Origin: Asterionella formosa
Lineage: Eukaryota
Direction: 5' to 3'
NCBI GenBank assembly: GCA_002256025.1
Contig: NKIB01014017.1
Span: 1 to 48,335, forward strand
DNA length: 48,335 nt
The position numbers were made by a program, and so were the translations under genes. The notes below the pieces were generated by a model, which saw nothing but the letters and a program-made list of their open reading frames with translations, ran no database searches and was not told the origin of the DNA. Of this stretch, positions 46,741 to 48,335 are shown in pieces; the first letter of the stretch is position 1; each line of letters opens with the position of its first letter.

Positions 46741-46802
46741 TGGAGAATGCAGGAATCGAACCCGCCGCCTCATGAGGTGTGCTAACCACTAAGCTATTCC
46801 CC
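46741..46802 (-). pseudogene. tRNA-Ala-derived element lacking the anticodon arm (pseudo-tRNA or SINE head)
   Basis: Minus strand reads GGGGAATAGCTTAGTGGTTAGCACACCTCATGAGGCGGCGGGTTCGATTCCTGCATTCTCCA. It has a 7-bp acceptor stem with G3.U70, a D-arm and a T-arm, but is only 62 nt. Confidence 0.8.
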
Positions 46803-48335
46803 AAAAATGGAAACAATCTGTAGGAGGAGGGATCGACAGCAATTATTATCAGAACTTGTGCAATTATGCTTTTCATTTATTATTTTGAATGACCATCATC
46901 ATACATAGCATATTGTCATGTCCTCTTCAGAGTAATGGAAGGAATAAAAAAGTGGATTGATTCTATTTTGTTGCCGCAGAAATGTATGTTACCATGATCA
47001 CACTGCTGGATGAAGCCTAGAGCCAGCATATGATCATTGACGCATGATGCTGGCTACAGGACATGGAGTACAGCTGGTATTGGTTTACCCCAATTTTCAA
47101 GGAGAGGGAGAAAACGATGGCGTTGTTGGATTTAGTGTTTGTTTATTGAAGTGACGGAGCAAGGCATTAAACCCAATTTTACGATGGCTTTTATCATCCC
47201 ATTGATGGGTCTTTGCGAACCAGTCCTTCGCACCAACTAGCTAGGATTCAGATGGAACTATTCTTGCCCGTATTTTGCAAACGCACAGACGCACCATTGA
47301 ATGGGACATTACAAGTCCGAAAGGAATTATGGACAAGGGATTGGATGTACTTAACAGATACTAGTCTATTCTAGTGATGTAGTACTAGTCTACATCTGTA
47401 ATATTTATTGAAACCTTCAATGCTTACTTTGAACACGTTATATCATGTATGCTGTAGAATCGGTCGTAGCTAGTATCTTCACAAGACCAGCGCGTCAAAT
47501 GAAATTGCCTCACACATTCTTTGATTTTATGCTTGCCAAATTTTTTCCTCACAAAATACTAATCTCACTCTACTATCGTGATGCTTTTTATGCTACTAGT
47601 CATAGTGGTTTGGTGACTTTTAACACTGAAGCATAGAATGATTTAGATGGTATTTGAATGATGATTTGTGATTTGATTGCTTCTATTGTACATTTGATCG
47701 CTTCTGTCATCATTTTTTCATTCCATGCTGTCGCTTTTGTTTCAAATGTCATATTCATTTACAGCTGCCTAATGAATAGATCTTTGCCTAAGAATCCTTG
47801 ATTTGTCGAGATGCCGTTGATGATGATGACAACAATTTCGCCGCCAAGCGATGATTTTCTTTTAATAACTCGTTTTTAAAACCTTTCCACTCAGAGTTCT
47901 TATCGCAAGCTCCATTTGAAGATTCAGAAACAATCGCTGATTAAGAAGAGGGAGTCAATGGAGGAGTAACCTGGTGATCACTCACAGAATGGAATGATCC
48001 AGGCTGTTTGGTTCAAAATCTCATCGCCTTTTCATCCTTGCTAGCATCCAAGCTTATCTCTATGTCAGCACAAATTTTCTTGTCATTTCAGATTCACCCA
48101 CATCTAAGACGCGAAATACGCCACTTTTCGAAATTTCGTCTACGTATGAGTGTTAATTATGTGGTACTTCACATGCATTAATGCCACTCTTCACGTAAAA
48201 AAGGTTACTTTTAACGGTTTCATGTGAAGTTTTAACTGTTTCATGTGAAGTTTTCACAATGAATTTTGAACGCGAGACTGAATTAGTTGATGTTTCAAAT
48301 AATTCATTTGAAAGTTCAATTGATTTCGTTCAAAC

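Noticed and set aside
46256..47382. 16-bp direct repeat TATTCTAGTGATGTAG at 46256 and 47367 bracketing the tRNA-like element
   Set aside because: Too far from the tRNA head to be a convincing target-site duplication; may be a separate short repeat.
47050..48335. Coding-like fragments and short direct repeats (GTTTCATGTGAAGTTTT x2) at the window end
   Set aside because: Frames are interrupted and match no family I recognise; likely repeat debris.

Overview
Eukaryotic nuclear DNA, most likely from a diatom. This rests on short GT-AG introns, signal peptide + Phe plastid-type presequences and a CoDi-like copia remnant; it is an inference and the species cannot be determined. The window holds 14 apparently intact protein genes: a TLDc protein, BCKDH E1-alpha, a membrane protein, an LPA1/SnoaL-like plastid protein, SLBP, SNU13, a Tmm-like FMO, a HAT/TPR protein, DDX56, CGI-121, a small plastid protein, a 4CL-like ligase, SAHH and a soluble PPase. 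They are separated by AT-rich tracts containing decayed transposons (copia, PIF/Harbinger, DD39D mariner-like), MITE-like and dispersed repeats, an ARM-repeat pseudogene and a tRNA-Ala-derived element lacking its anticodon arm. No prokaryotic system or CRISPR array is supported. The best leads are a bacterial-type TMA/DMS monooxygenase, box C/D-like motifs just 3' of SNU13, the tRNA-derived SINE candidate, palindromic CCTGGTA/TACCAGG arrays concentrated in intergenic DNA, and a possible pseudoknot in the first SAHH intron. All homology calls come from motif recognition by eye, not from database searches.
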